Counted from the stretch's first letter, positions 37,196 to 50,835 are shown. The stretch: 64,000 bases of DNA from Mustelus asterias (GCF_964213995.1 NW_027590147.1:62001-126000), one strand, 5' to 3'. The notes: generated by a model from the sequence alone, not told the origin. Numbers and translations are program-made.

Positions 37196-37582
37196 GTGAG
37201 TATTGTCTTGGATCGACAGCTCAGAAGCAGCTCTGAACCGGCATCACTTGAGCAGCTTAGAATAGAGTGCTGAGAGTTGGGTAATTAAGGGAGTTAGGGA
37301 AGGAAGGAAAAGAGGTGCTGTTTTACTTTCTAACTTTCTCAGCCTTTAGGAAGTGATCTTACTCTTCTACAGGAGAAGAGGCTAGATTTTTGGTGAGTAT
37401 CTGCTAAGTGACTAAGATTTATTCTGTTCCTAAAGATCAAAATAGTATAGGTGGTAAGGTTAATAGAATACTTAAAAACAAAAATAAATTATCATTGGAT
37501 AAAATAAATAGTTTATTAGTACACATTCAAGCTGCAGCATTTGGGAGTTCCTGGGTGTCAGTTTGATCCAGGGCAAACAGGC

Positions 37583-39175
37583 ATAGAAGTTTACAGCATG
37601 GAAACAGACCCTTCGGCCCAACTTGTCCAAGCCACCCTTTTTTTTAAACCCCTGAGCTTGTCCCAATTGTCCGCATTTCGCCCATATCCCTCTATACCCA
37701 TTTTACCCATGTAATTGTCCAAATGCTTTTTAAAAGACCACATTGTACCCCCCTCTACTACTACCTCTGGCAGCTTGTTCCAGACACTCATCACCCTCTG
37801 TGCGAAAAAATTGCCACTCTGGACACTTTTCTATCTCTCCCCTCTCACCTTAAACCTATGCCCTCTAGTTTTAGACTCCCCCTACCTTTGGGAAAAGATA
37901 TTGACTATCTAGCTGATCTATGCCCCTCATCTATGCCCCTCATTATTTTATAGACCTCTATAACATCACCCTCAGCCTCCTAAGCTCCAGAGGAAAAATG
38001 TCCCAGTCTATCCAGCCTCTCCTTATAACTCAAACCATCAAGTCTGGTAGCATCCTAGTAAATCTCTTCTGCACTCTTTCTAGTGTAATAATATCCTTTC
38101 TATAATAGGGTGACCAGAACTGTACATAGTATTCCAAGTGTGGCCTTACCAATGTCTTGTACAACTTCAACAAGATGTCCCAACTCCTGTATTCAATGTT
38201 CTGACCAATGAAACCAAGCATGCCGAATGCCTTCTTCACCACTCTGTCCACCTGTGACTCCGCTTTCAAGGAGCTATGAACATGTACCCTTAGATCTCTT
38301 TGTTCTGTAACTCTTCCCAACGCCCTATCATTAACTGAGTAAGTCCTGCCCTGGTTCAATCTACAAAATGCATCACTTCGCGTTTGTCTAAATTAAACTC
38401 CATCTGCCATTCGTCAGCCCACTGGCCCAATTGATCAAGATCCCGTTGCAATTGGAGATAACTTTCTTCACTGTCCACTATGCCACCAATCTTAGTGACA
38501 TCTGCAAACTTATTAACCATGCCTCCTATATTCTCATCCAAATCATTAATATAAATGACAAATAACAGTGGACCCAGCACTGATCCCTGAGGCACACCGC
38601 TGGTCACAGGCCTCCAGTTTGAAAAACAACTCTCTACAACCACTCTCTGTCTTCTGTCAAGAAGCCAATTTTGTATCCATTTAGATACCTCACCCTGGAT
38701 CCCGTGAGATTTAACCTTATGCAACAACCTACCATACAGTACCTTGTCAAAGGCCTTGCTGATGTCCATGTAGACAACATCAACTGCACTGCCCTCATCT
38801 ACCTTCTTGGTTACCCCTTCAAAAGACTCGATCAAATTTGTGAGACATGATTTTCCACTCACAAAACCATGCTGACTGTCCCTAATCAGTACTTGCATCT
38901 CTAAATGTTTGTAGATCCTGTCTCTCAAAATACCTTCCAACAATTTACCCACCAAGATGTGAGGCTCACTAGCCTGTAGTTTCCAGGCTTTTCTCTGCAG
39001 CCCTTTTTAAACAAAGGCACAACGTTTGCCACTCTCCAATCTTCAGGCACCTCACCCGTGTCTATCGATGATTCAAATATCTCGGCTAGGGGACCCGCAA
39101 TTTCCTCCCTAGCCTCCCACAATGTCCTGGGATACACTTCATCAGGTCCCGGGGATTTATCTACCTTGATGCGCT
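37583..39175 (-). mobile_element. Degenerate CR1 LINE
   Basis: RT ORF fragments 38925-39137, 38356-38955, 38030-38359, 37591-37794. Confidence 0.92.
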
Positions 39176-39344
39176 AGTGTCACAAGTTGGCTTACATTAA
39201 CATTGCAATGAAGTTACTCTGAAAATCGCATAGTTGCCACACTCAGGCGCCTGTTCGGGTACACTGAGGGAGAAATTAGCATGGCCAATGCGCCTAACCA
39301 GCAAGTCGTTCGGACTGTGGGAGGAAACCGGAGCACCCGTGTAG

Positions 39345-40490
39345 GTGTACGAGGCAGACTGGTGCAGGAGGTGAAGTTGCATGGGATCAGAGGTGAGCTG
39401 GCAAGGTGGATACAAAACTGGCTCGGTCAAAGAAGACAGAGGGTAGCAGTGGACGGGTACATTTCTGAATGGAGAGCTGGGACAAGTGGCGTTCCTCGGG
39501 GATCAGTGCTGGAACCTTTGCTGTTTGTAATATATATAAATGATTTGGAGGAAAATGTAACTGGTTTGATTAGTAAGTTTGCGGATGACACAAAGGTTGG
39601 TGGATTTGTGGATAATAATGAGGACCATCAGAGGATACAGCAGGATATAGATCAGTTGGAGACTTGGTCGGGGAGATGGCAGATGGAGTTTAATCCGGAC
39701 AAATGTGAGGCAATGCATTTTGGAAGGTCTAATACAGATAGGAAATATACAGTAAATGGCAGAACCCTTAAGAGTATTGATAGGCAAAGGGATCTGGGTG
39801 TACAGGTACACAGTCACTGAAAGTGGCAATGCAGGTGGAGAAGGTAGTCAAGAAGGCATACGGCATGCTTGCTTTCATCGGCCGGGGTATTGAGTTTAAA
39901 AATTGCCATGTCATGTTGCAGCTTTATAGAACCTTAGTTAGGCCGCACTTGGAATATAGTGTTCAATTCTGTTCACCACACTCCGAGAAGGATGTGGAGG
40001 CTTTGGAGGGGGTACAGAAAAGATTTACCAGGATGTTGCCTGGTATGGAGGAGAGGTTGGAGAAACTTGGTTTGTTCTCACTGGAACAACGGAGGTTGAG
40101 GGGCGACCTGATAGAAGTCTACAAGATTATGTGAGGCATGGACAGAGTGGATAGTCAGAAGCTTTTTCCCAGGGTGGAAGAGGCAATCACGAGGGGGCAC
40201 AGGTTTAAGGTGCGAGGGGCAAGGTTTAAAGGAGATGTACGAGGCAGATTTTTTACACCGAGAGTAATGCGTGCCTGGAATTTGTTGCCGGGGGAGGGAG
40301 TGGAAGCGGTTACGTCAGTGACTTTAAGGCGTGTCTTCACAAATACATGAATAGGATGGGAATAGAGGGATATGGTCCCCGGAAGGGTAGGGGGTTTTAG
40401 TTAAGTCGGGCAGCACGGTCGGTGCAGGCTTGGAGGGTCGAAGGACCTGTTCCTGTGCTGTAATTTTCTTTGTTCTTAGTTCTTTGTTCT
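39345..40490 (+). mobile_element. Degenerate CR1 LINE 3' part nested in a SINE
   Basis: RT fragments to 40350; SINE halves at 39176-39340 and 40490-40595. Confidence 0.88.
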
Positions 40491-40837
40491 CACCCGGAGG
40501 AAACCCACACAGACACGGGGAGAATGTGCAGGCTTTGTGGACTGTGACCCAAGCCAGGTCCTGATGCTGTGAGGCAGCAGTGCAAACCACTGTGCCCTAC
40601 ACAGAGGTGTTGACTTGACAAGTTATCCATGTTTTCGGAGCCATTTCTTCATGTCCTGGTCTGAGAAGGATGGAGAGAAGTCTGTCCATAAGATATAGGA
40701 GCAGAATTAGGCCATTCGGCCCCTTGAGTCTGCTCCGTCATTCGTTCATGGCTGATATGCTCCTCATCCCCATGTTCCTGCCTTCTCCCTATGACCTGTC
40801 AGAAGTGTGATCACAATGGTATTTGCTTTTGTCTTTT

Positions 40838-41130
40838 TAAAGTTTATTTATTAGTGTCACAAGGTGGCTTGCATTAACACTGCAATGAAATAACTGTGAA
40901 AATCCCCCAGTTGCCACACTCTGGTGCCTGTTCGGGTACACTGAGGGAGAAGTTAGCACGGCCAATGGACCTAACCAGCATGATTTTCGGACTGTGGGAG
41001 GAAACTGGAGCATCCGGAGGAAACTCACAGACACAGAGAGAACGTGCAGACTCCGCACAGTCACCCAAGCTGGGGATCGAACCTGGGTCCTTGGTGCTGT
41101 GAGGTAGCAGTGCTAACCACTCTGCCACTG
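40838..41130 (-). mobile_element. HE1-related SINE variant
   Basis: tRNA-like head on minus strand, AATAAAC tail. Confidence 0.75.
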
Positions 41131-42389
41131 TTATGTCTCTCACAGAAGGAATTCTAGAAAGAGAGATGGACCAATTGAAAGCTGCAGATGGCATCTTGTG
41201 TAACTCATTTGTCACGCAGCCATCGAATGATTACAATACAGGAGGTTGTTTAGCTTGTTAGGCCAATGCTTTTGCTCTGGGTTGAACAAACCAATCAGTC
41301 TCACTCCTCTGCCCTATTCTCATAGCTTTCTTTCTCTCCAGGGTCTTGTCCAATTTCCTTCCCTTTGTTGTATCAGTTTGAGCTGAAGTGGAGATGGAGG
41401 AGAAGCTGCTGGATTTAACGTTAAGGGCTTCAAAACCCACTCAGTTTCACAATGTAAAATTGTCAAGGGAGCCAGATTCTAGGGGAGATCAGGTTGAAAA
41501 CAATACCCTTATAATGTAAAAGGGTATTGCTTAAGGAATAAGTATTCCTGCAGATGCTTTTTATCTATTGTACTTATGCACATTTTAAAAATACCCAGGG
41601 ATTTGGGTGTCATTAACTGGATCAGCAGCAAATATTCCCCATCCCCAGGTACCTGTGGGGAAGATGATGTTTGACCTTCTTGAACCGCTGCAGTCCGTGT
41701 GGTGAAGGTGCTGCCACAATACTGTTAGGTAAGGAGTTACAGGTTACTCACCCAGTGAGGATGAAGCAACAGTGATATAATGTCCAGTTTAGTGACAATA
41801 GTTTGTAATTATACTCTGCTTTTAATACAATAAAACTTTCAGATACTTCACAGTAAATGTTACCAAGAAACATTTGCCACTGAGCCACATAAGGACATTA
41901 TTAGGCCAGGTGACAGCTTGGTCAAAGAGGTGGTTTCAAGGCGGAAAGTGAAGTGGGGAGGATTCAGGAGGAAATTGCAGGGCCCGGGGTCTAAGCAGCT
42001 GAAAGAATGACAACCACTGATGGAGTGATCAAAATTGGGAGTGTTGAAGAGGCCTGAAGGAGATTCCAGAGAGAGCAATGATTGCAGCCATGCAGAAAAT
42101 AAGGATGAGAATGTTAAAGCTTTGTTGCTTCTTAAACGGAAGCCTTTATAAGTCAGCTGGCACAAGGGTGATGGATGAACCGGACTTGATGTGAATAAGC
42201 ACCCGGGCAGCAGAGTTTTGGATCAACCCAAGATTACAGGGAGATTGAATGTGGGAGGCCGGCTGGGAGTTTGTTCGGAGAGTTAAATCTCGAGGCAGCA
42301 AAGGAATGGATGTGGACTTCCGCAGCAGGTGAGCTGAGGACAGGACAAAGTGGGGCGGTGTCACTGAGGTGGAAATAGGTAGTGTAGGT

Positions 42390-43190
42390 GGTGATGTGGC
42401 AAATAGAGTTAAATACAGATCAGTGTAAGGTGCTGCATCATGGAAAGTCAAACCAAGGTAGAACTTTCACGGTGAATGGTCGGACCTCAGGGAGTATCGT
42501 GGAACAGAGGGACCTTGGAGTTCAGGTGCACGGTTCTCTTAAGGTGGAGTCACGTGTAGATAGAGCAGTGAAGAAGGCTTTTGGCATGCTGGCCTTTATC
42601 AGTCAGGGCATTGAGTATAGAAGTTGGGAAGTTATGTTGCAGTTGTACAGGACTTTGGTGAGGCTGCACCTGGAATATTGTGCTCAGTTTTGGTCAGCTT
42701 GATTTGGAAAGATGTTATTAAACTGGAGAGAGTGCAGAAGAGATTTACAAGGATGTTGCCAGTACCCAAGTTACAGGGAGAGATTGGACGGGCTATGACG
42801 TTTTTCTTTGGAGCGTAGGAGACTGAGGGGTGATCTTATAGAGGTGTGTAAGGTCATGAGAGGCATGGAGACAGGCCCTTCGGCCCAAACTTTTTCCCAG
42901 GGTTGGGGAATTAAGAATTAGAGGGCAGAAGAGTTAAGAGGAGAAAGAATTAATGGGAACCTGAGGAGCAGCTTTTTTACACAGAGGGTGGTACGTATGT
43001 GGAATGAGCGGCCGGAGGGAGTGGTTGAGGCAGCGACATTGACAACATTTAAAAGGCATTTGGGCAGATACATGGATAGGAAAGGTTTAGAGGGATATGG
43101 GCCAAATGGAGTTAGTTTACATGGGCATGTTTGGTGGGCATGGACCAGTTTGGGCCGAAGGGCCTGTCTCCGTGATGTAGATTCTGTGAG
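42390..43190 (+). mobile_element. Degenerate CR1 3' fragment
   Basis: ORF 42388-42702 (DLGVQVH...HLEYCAQFW) and CR1 tail. Confidence 0.88.
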
Positions 43191-43397
43191 GATATGTTTG
43201 GAAGCTCAGTTTGAAGTGAAACATGTTACTGAGGTTGTGAATACTCCGGTTCAGCCTCAGACAGTCGCAATGGGGACAGATGGAGTCAGTGGTTTGGAAG
43301 TGGAATTTGTTGCAAAGCTGAAGACGATAGCCTTCATCTTCCAATATTTAACGAAGGCAATTACTACTCATCCAGTCCTGGGTGTCAGACAAGGGAG

Positions 43398-43944
43398 TGT
43401 TGTGGGAAATCATCACTCGGAGTCAGACTTAAAGATTCAACGTGCAGCTTATTGAACAAAGCTTTGGGAGAAGTGCTTGGCACACCCCGCACGCTCGCAG
43501 TCAACTTCTCAATTTTAAAATGGCAGCTGAGCTTTTATACATTTCAAAGAGTCGACAAGTACAGACATGAGCAGTTATTATATCATTAGCCTTGGTTAAT
43601 TACACATTCGCCAATTATACCCCCCGAGCAACAATTGACCTCCAATCACATTCCTTCAAAAACAACCGTTAACAAAAACCTATTGTTTCGGTTTCGCTTT
43701 ATCTTAAGCTAAGTTGACCATCTGGACCTCACGGTCTGGTTTTTTGTCTGTTCCGTAGTTTTACTTCCTTCTATTGCTCCGGATGCATCTGCTTATCTTG
43801 TTCCTCTAGTTCGTTTTTTTAAGTCAACAACAGGATGTTCTTTGCTAACCACAAGATAAGTGTTCGTCCTGCAGGACTGCAGTTCGTCCTGCAGTCACGC
43901 ACGTATTAGCTTTCAAAAGCCACAGTCTTAATTTTGCTCCAACA
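43398..43944 (-). mobile_element. Solo LTR (547 bp)
   Basis: TGTTG...CAACA termini, 5-bp TSD GGGAG (43393-43397, 43945-43949), TATAAA and AATAAA on minus strand. Confidence 0.8.
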
Positions 43945-44049
43945 GGGAGATGGTGTGTAAAATTGGAGAGAATTTGGAGGTGATGGTTCTCACATACACC
44001 TCTTAACCTGCACACTGAGAAGGATCAGGATAACGTTTTAAGGTTCAAA

Positions 44050-44370
44050 CCACTAGCGCCAGAGACTCGGGTTCAATTCCAGCTTCAGGTGACTGTCTGT
44101 GTGGAGTTTGCACATTTTCCCGATGTCTGTGTGGATTTCCTCTGGGTCTCTGGTTTCCTCCCACACTCCAAAGATGTGCGGGTTAGGTTGATCGACCATG
44201 CTAAATTGTCCCTTTGTGTCCCAAGATGAGGGAGAATGAAAGGGGGAATTAGTGGTGTACGTACATCAGGTTACAGGGATAGGGCCTGGGTAAAGGTGCT
44301 CTGTTAGAAACTTGGTGCAGACTCGATGGGCTAAAAGGCCTCCTTCTGCACTGTAAGGATTCTGTGATTT
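44050..44370 (+). mobile_element. HE1-type SINE, diverged
   Basis: GGTTCAATTCC B box, TGTGGAGTTTGCAC core, GCAGACTCGATGGG tail; another copy at 54623-54940. Confidence 0.75.
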
Positions 44371-46239
44371 TGGAATCTCCTTTTACAGGGGGTTAGAAGA
44401 GGAGGATTTTCACAGCAATCTCAAACCCCCCCCAAAAAATGTGTATCTCTTAATTTCAAACCACAATTGACACATGACTCTTGCAATCTCCATTTACAGG
44501 GAGTTAGAATATTTGAAGATTGCGATTTTTCTCTGATTCCAGTGCTTCTGACATCTTTCCAGCTGCAGGAAGTTTTAAATTTGAAAACTGTGAAATTGTT
44601 CCAGAGGTGAGTATTAACCTATAATTTAGAGTTTCAGTACTGTGCTCTTATCTGTGCTCTGGTTCCACGTCTCTGGGGCTGGTGTGACTCCGTTACTGTG
44701 GATCTGAATCCATGTCCATCCATTGCTTTGTTTCACCTCTGCCCTCCCTGATCACCTCTCTGTCATTGTCAGTTCAGAGAAGGATCTGCAGGCTGATAGC
44801 TGGGATGAAGGGATTGTTTTGTGAGGAAAGGTTGGGCCTGTACTGACTGGAGTTTAAAGGTGACCATAGTATTGACATCAGATTGTGAGGTAGTGATTAG
44901 TATAGATGAAGAGAGGATGTTTCCAATGTTGGGGAATCTAGAATTAGTCGGCAGATTGTCAAAATAAAGGGTCCCCCATTTCTGATGGTGAGGAGGAGAA
45001 ATGTCTTCCCTCAGAGGGCCGTTAGTCTTTGCAATTCTCTTCCCCAGAGAGCAGTGGAGGCTGCATCATTAAATATACTCAAAACACAGAGATTTTTGAT
45101 CGAAAAGGGAGTCAAGGGTGACAGGAGGAAAAGTGGAGTTAAGATCACAATCAGATCAGCCATGATCTTGATGGGGAGGTGATGGCCTTGTGGTATTATT
45201 GCTGGACTATTAATTCAGAAACTCAGTTAATGTTCTGGGGACCCGGGTTTGAATCCTGTCATAGAATCATAGAAATCCTACAGTACAGAAGGAGGCCATT
45301 CAGCCCATCGAGTCTGCACCGACAACAATCCCACCCCACAGCAGCTGGTGGAATTTGAATTCAATTAAAAATATCTGGAATTAAGAAATTACTGATGACC
45401 ATGAAACCCTTGTCGATTGTTGGACAAACCTATCTGGTTCACTAATGTCCTTCAGGGAATGAAATCTGCCATCCTTAACTGGTCTGGCCGACATGTGACT
45501 CCAAAACCACAACAATGTGGTTGACTCTCAGCTGCCCTTCAAGGGCAACGAGGGATGGGTAATAAATGCTGGCCAGCCAGCAACATCCATGTCCCTTGAA
45601 TGAATAAAAAAAATTCACTTGAGCAGCTTGGTGGGCTGAATTTCTAACTATTTCTTACGATCTGTCAGGAACATGAAATGGTGAGTGTCGATCAGCATTA
45701 ATTAGCACCTTCAGGAGAATTGGGTGGGTGTATATAAGAGTTTAAAGTTTATTTATTAGTCACAAGTAAGGCTTATATTAACACTGCAATTTCTCTTAAA
45801 GACATTGACATCCTTTGCTCCCTCAGCTTGACACATTGATTTGTCTGGCTAAAAGGTCCCTTTCCTAATGTTCACAATTAAAGGGCTGGTTTCCCCAGGA
45901 GATGGCTGACATTTAAAAGAACAATATATCAGTTGTTATATTGTAGATTTGGTATATTATTTATGGTTCTGTAACAAAGTACATTTGTTATTATTTCTCA
46001 TTTTGTAATGTAGCACTGAAGCTATGTTATATATTTTCACTCATCGAGTCATTACAGCGCAGGAGGAGTCCATTCAGTAACTCAAATCCATGCTGACTCT
46101 CTGTAGAACAATCCAGTCAGTCCCATTCCCTTTCTATATCCCCTTCCTCCTGCAACTTTATTTCCTTCATGTGCCCATCTAATTTCTGAAATATATTAAA
46201 GGGGACAGTAAACTAATATCGGACAGAGACATGTCTGAT

Positions 46240-46635
46240 GTTGTTTTTTATTCATCCTTGGGACACGGGCATTGCCGGCTGGGCCAGCATTTATTGCCCA
46301 TCCCTAATTGCCCCTTGAACTGAATGGCTCGCTCGGCCATTTCAGAGGCTGGCTGAGAGTCAACCACATTGCTGTGGCTCTGGAGTCACATGTAGGCCAG
46401 ACTGGGTAAGGACGGCAGATTTCCTTCCCTGAAGCACATTAATGAACCAGATGAGTTTTTCTGGTCAATCGACAATGGTTTCATGGTCATCAGTAGATTC
46501 TTAATTCCAGATTTTGTTTTTAAATTCAAATTCCACCATCTGCTGTGGTGGGATTCGAACCCGGGTCCCCAGAACATCAGCTGAGTTTCTGGATTAATAG
46601 TCTAGTGATAATACCACAAGGTTATCAGCTCCCCT
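46240..46635 (-). mobile_element. Second SINE family (SacSINE1/DeuSINE-like)
   Basis: tRNA-like head plus conserved core; copies at 45175-45615 (+), 51480-51845 (-), and 60590-60893 + 62348-62445 (-); family name from recall. Confidence 0.6.
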
Positions 46636-47934
46636 GTTGTTATATGGTACAGATTCGATATATTATTTATAGCTCTGTAATAAAATACACTTATTATATC
46701 TGGCTGTGTAATTTTGGACTGCAGCTATATTATATATTTCCAACAATCTCTTCCCTCAGAGAATTGTTAGTATCTAGATTTCTCTTCCATAGGGACCAGT
46801 GGAGGGATTGAATATATTCAAGGATGAGTTGGACAGTTTTTGAATGACAAGGGAGTCAATAATTATTGGGAACAGGCTGGAAAATGGAGAGAAAGCTCAG
46901 ATGAGGAAGGATTTCTTCACTCAAGGACGTGGTGATGTTTTGGATTCTCTACCCCAGAGGACTATAGAGCCTCAGTCATTAAGAATTTTCAAGCGAGGGA
47001 TTGATAGGTTTCTAGATATTGAAGATATCGATGGATATGGGGGACAGTGTGGGGAAAATAATGCAGAGGTCGATCAACCAATAATCTGAATGAATGGTTG
47101 AGCAGACTCGATGGGCCGAATGCTGACTGCAGCTCCTATTTGTTCTGATTTCTGTGCTGGACAGGAAGCAGTGAGCATGGATCTGTCAATCAGCCTCAAT
47201 CAGCACCTTCAGGAGAATTGAGAGGGTGAATATTAGATACAGCAGAGTGAGAATGGAGGGAGAGTGTGTGGGATGGAGATTTACAGCTTTTGGGGAATGG
47301 GAGAGGAAAGAATGTTCATTAGAATCATAGAATTGCTGCATCTTATCAACCGTCCCTGAGCTTTCACAATGAATCCCACTTCTGAGGACACCCTTATCTC
47401 TGACTTGTCTGTACTGCTGGCAGTCTCACAAAGCAGCTGCCTGTGTGCTGATACGGGAGGCCCTGCTGGGCAAGTTTAATGCTTCATGACTGTGTCTTTA
47501 ATGAATGCTCCATAAACTAGAAATGTAGATTTGAATTTCGATCATATTCTGAATTGTGATGTTTTTTTCTAAATTGACTTACAGGATATTAGACAAGGAG
47601 AAATCAGACAGAAATCTCCAACATCACATCGAGATCTGACAGAGTGACTCGACTTCTTGGGACCTGAGTATCATTGGCCTTTGAATCTAGCAGGAGAAAT
47701 GCTTGTTTGGCCTCTTCACTTCAAAAGATTGTAAACATCACTGTTACTAGAAATGCACTGAGATACACACACCCGAGTGAGAGTGTTCCAGTGCACTGAG
47801 TGTGGAAAGAGCTTTAACCAGTTACACAGCCTGAAAATACATCGCAGCATTCACAGCGGGGAGAGACTGTACCTGTGTTCTGTGTGAAATTTAACTGATT
47901 GTTTAACCTGGAGAGTCACAAGGACACCCACACC

Positions 47935-49185
47935 ATGGAGAAACCGTGGAAATGTGGGGACTGTGGGAAGGGATTCATATCCCCATCTCGGCTGGAAATT
48001 CATCAACGCAGTCACACTGGGGAGAAACCATTCAGCTGCTCTATGTGTGGGAAGGGATTCACTCAGTTATCCAGCCTGCAGAAACATAATCTCACTCATA
48101 CCAATGAGAGACCATTTAAATGCTCTGACTGTGGGATTGGTTTTAAAAGCTCTCAGTATCTGATGTCCCATCAGCGCATTCACACTGAGGAGAGACCATT
48201 CAGCTGTTCTCACTGCTCAAGGAAATTTAGAACTTCATCCCACCTGCAGATACACCAGCGAGTTCACACTGGGGAGAGACCGTTCACCTGTTCTGTGTGT
48301 GGAAAGGGATTCACTCAGTCATCCACCCTGAAGACACACCGAGTCACTCATACTAATGAGAGACCCTTTAAATGCTCTGACTGTGGGAGCGGCTTCAAAA
48401 GCTCTGGAGAACTGGTGTCCCACCAGCGCATTCACACTGAGGAGAGACCGTTCAGCTGCTCTCACTGCACAAAGAGGTTTAGAACATCAGCCAACCTGCA
48501 GATACACCAGCGAGTTCACACTGGGGAAAGGCCGTTCACCTGCTCGGTGTGTGGGAAGGGATTCACTCATTCATCCCACCTGCGCAGACACAATCTCACT
48601 CACACCGATGAGAGACCGTTTAAATGCTCTGACTGTGGGAGCGGATTCAAAAGCTCTCAGGTACTGATGATCCACCAGCGCACTCACACTGAGGAGAGAC
48701 CGTTCAGCTGCTCTCAATGCTCAAAGAGGTTTAAAACGTCATCCAGCCTGTGGGAACATCAGCGAGTTCACACTGGGGAGAGGCCGTTCACCTGCTCGGT
48801 GTGTGGGAAGGGATTCACTCATTCATCCCACGTGCGCAGACACAATGTCACTCACACCAATGAGAGAACCTTTAAATGTTCTGACTGTGGGAGCGGAGTC
48901 AAAAGCTCTGGAGAACTGGTGTCCCACCAGCGCACTCACACTGGGGAGAGACCATTCACCTGCTCGGTGTGTGGGAAGGGATTCACTACTTCATCCAGCC
49001 TGCAGAAACACAAAGCCACTCACTCCAAGGAGAGCCCCTTTAAATGCTCTACCCGAGAGGCCGGCTTCAGAAGCTCTCAGGAACTGATGATCCCCGAGCA
49101 CATTCACACCGGGGAGAGGCCGTTCAGCTGCTCTCACTGTTCAAGGAGGTTTAGAATATCATCAACACTGCTGAAACACCAGTGA
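47935..49185 (+). CDS. C2H2 zinc-finger array (13 intact fingers, then decay); possibly a pseudogene
   Basis: [10 protein letters not shown]... with HTGERPF linkers; ends at CGA>TGA inside finger 15; broken fingers continue to ~49437. Confidence 0.85.
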   Translation: MEKPWKCGDCGKGFISPSRLEIHQRSHTGEKPFSCSMCGKGFTQLSSLQKHNLTHTNERPFKCSDCGIGFKSSQYLMSHQRIHTEERPFSCSHCSRKFRTSSHLQIHQRVHTGERPFTCSVCGKGFTQSSTLKTHRVTHTNERPFKCSDCGSGFKSSGELVSHQRIHTEERPFSCSHCTKRFRTSANLQIHQRVHTGERPFTCSVCGKGFTHSSHLRRHNLTHTDERPFKCSDCGSGFKSSQVLMIHQRTHTEERPFSCSQCSKRFKTSSSLWEHQRVHTGERPFTCSVCGKGFTHSSHVRRHNVTHTNERTFKCSDCGSGVKSSGELVSHQRTHTGERPFTCSVCGKGFTTSSSLQKHKATHSKESPFKCSTREAGFRSSQELMIPEHIHTGERPFSCSHCSRRFRISSTLLKHQ

Positions 49186-49514
49186 GTTCACACCGGGGAG
49201 AAACCATTCACCTGCTTGGTGTGTGCGAAAGGATTTACTCGGTTATCCAGTCTGCCCAGACACAACATCATCACACCCAGGAGAGACCCTTTAAATGTGG
49301 GCGTGGCTTCAAATGCTCTCGGGAACTAATGTCCCACCAGTGAGTTCTCACCAGGCAGAGGCTGGTCACCTGCTCTGACTGGGAAGGGATTCACTCGGTC
49401 AGCAAACTTGGTGAAACACCAGTGAGTTCACAAGTGATTACAATTCTGGGATGATTCTTGTGAATCTTTCTTGCCCCTTCTCCAGTGCCTCTATTTCCTT
49501 TTTCTAAATAGAGA

Positions 49515-49853
49515 TCATAGAAATCATAGATACCCTACAGTACAGATAGAGGCCATTCGGCCCATCGAGTCTGCACCGACCACAATCCCACCCAGGCCCT
49601 ACCCCCATATCCCTACATATTTACCCACTAATCCCTCTAACCTACGCATCTCAGGATGCTCAAGGCAATATTTATCATGGCCAATCAACCTAACCCGCAC
49701 ATCTTTGGACTGTGGGAGGAAACCGGAGCACCCGGAGGAAACCCACGCAGACACGAGGAGAATGTGCAAACTCCACACAGACAGTGACCCAAGCCAGGAA
49801 TCGAACCCAGGTCCCTGGAGCTGTGAAGCAGCAGTGCTAACCACTGTGCTGCC
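49515..49853 (-). mobile_element. HE1-type SINE
   Basis: Near-identical to 26875-27188. Confidence 0.9.
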
Positions 49854-49932
49854 CATTAAATTACCTGCATTGTCAGGTTCTCGCACCAAACCGTAGCAAA
49901 CTAATCCTGCCGTGTGCACAACAAAGAAATGA

Positions 49933-50012
49933 GGGATTTGAACCCGGGACCTCTCGCAGACTCGCGAATCTTAACACCCAAAGTGAGAATCATACTCCTA
50001 GACCAACGAGCC
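49933..50012 (-). pseudogene. 3'-truncated tRNA-Pro(TGG) with an 18-nt insert at position 37/38
   Basis: GGCTCGTTGGTCTAGGAGTATGATTCTCACTTTGGG[TGTTAAGATTCGCGAGTC]TGCGAGAGGTCCCGGGTTCAAATCCC; 3' acceptor strand missing. Confidence 0.8.
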
Positions 50013-50039
50013 GCCACTATGACAACTATGACACTATCA

Positions 50040-50835
50040 CAAATAGAACAGTACAGCACAGGAACAGACCCTTCAGCCCACGATGTTGTGTCCAACATGA
50101 TGCCAAATTAAACTATTCCTTTCTGCCTGCCTTGGTCCATATTCCTCTATTCCTTGCATATTCATGTGCTTATTTAAAACCCCCTTAAACGCCCCTATCG
50201 TATCTGCCTCCACCACCACTCCGAGCAGCGCATTCCAGACACCTACCACTCTCTGTGTGTAAATGAAAAACTTGCCCCTCACATCTCCTTTGAACTTTCT
50301 TGATTCCCAAGATCCCTCTGTACATTAACTGTACACTTATCCTTAATAGTTGATCTCCCAAAGTGCAGCACCTCACACATGTCTGGATTAAAATCCATCT
50401 GCCATTTCTCCGCTCATATCTGTAGCTGATCTACATCCCACTGTATCCTTTGACAACCTTCTACACTATCTACAACTCCATCTAGCTTTGTGTCATCTGC
50501 AAGCTTACTAACCCACCCATCCACATTTTCAACCAAGTTATTTATGTAGATCACAAATAGCGCAGGTCCCAGTACGGATCCCTGCAGAACACCACTGGTC
50601 ACGGACCTCTAGCCAGAAAAACACCCTCCACCACTACTCCCTGACTTCTATGGGCAAGTCAATTCTGAATCCAAGTGGCCAAGTCACCGTGAATCCCATG
50701 CATCTTAATCTTCTGGATGAGCCGACCATGAGGGACCTTGTCGAAAGCCTTACTAAAATCCATGTACACAACATCCACTGCTCTACCCTCATCGATCACC
50801 TTCATCATCACCTCGATAAAATCAATCAAGTCAGT
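50040..50835 (-). mobile_element. Degenerate CR1 fragment
   Basis: GVLQGSVLGP / LADDTK motifs and CR1 tail. Confidence 0.85.
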
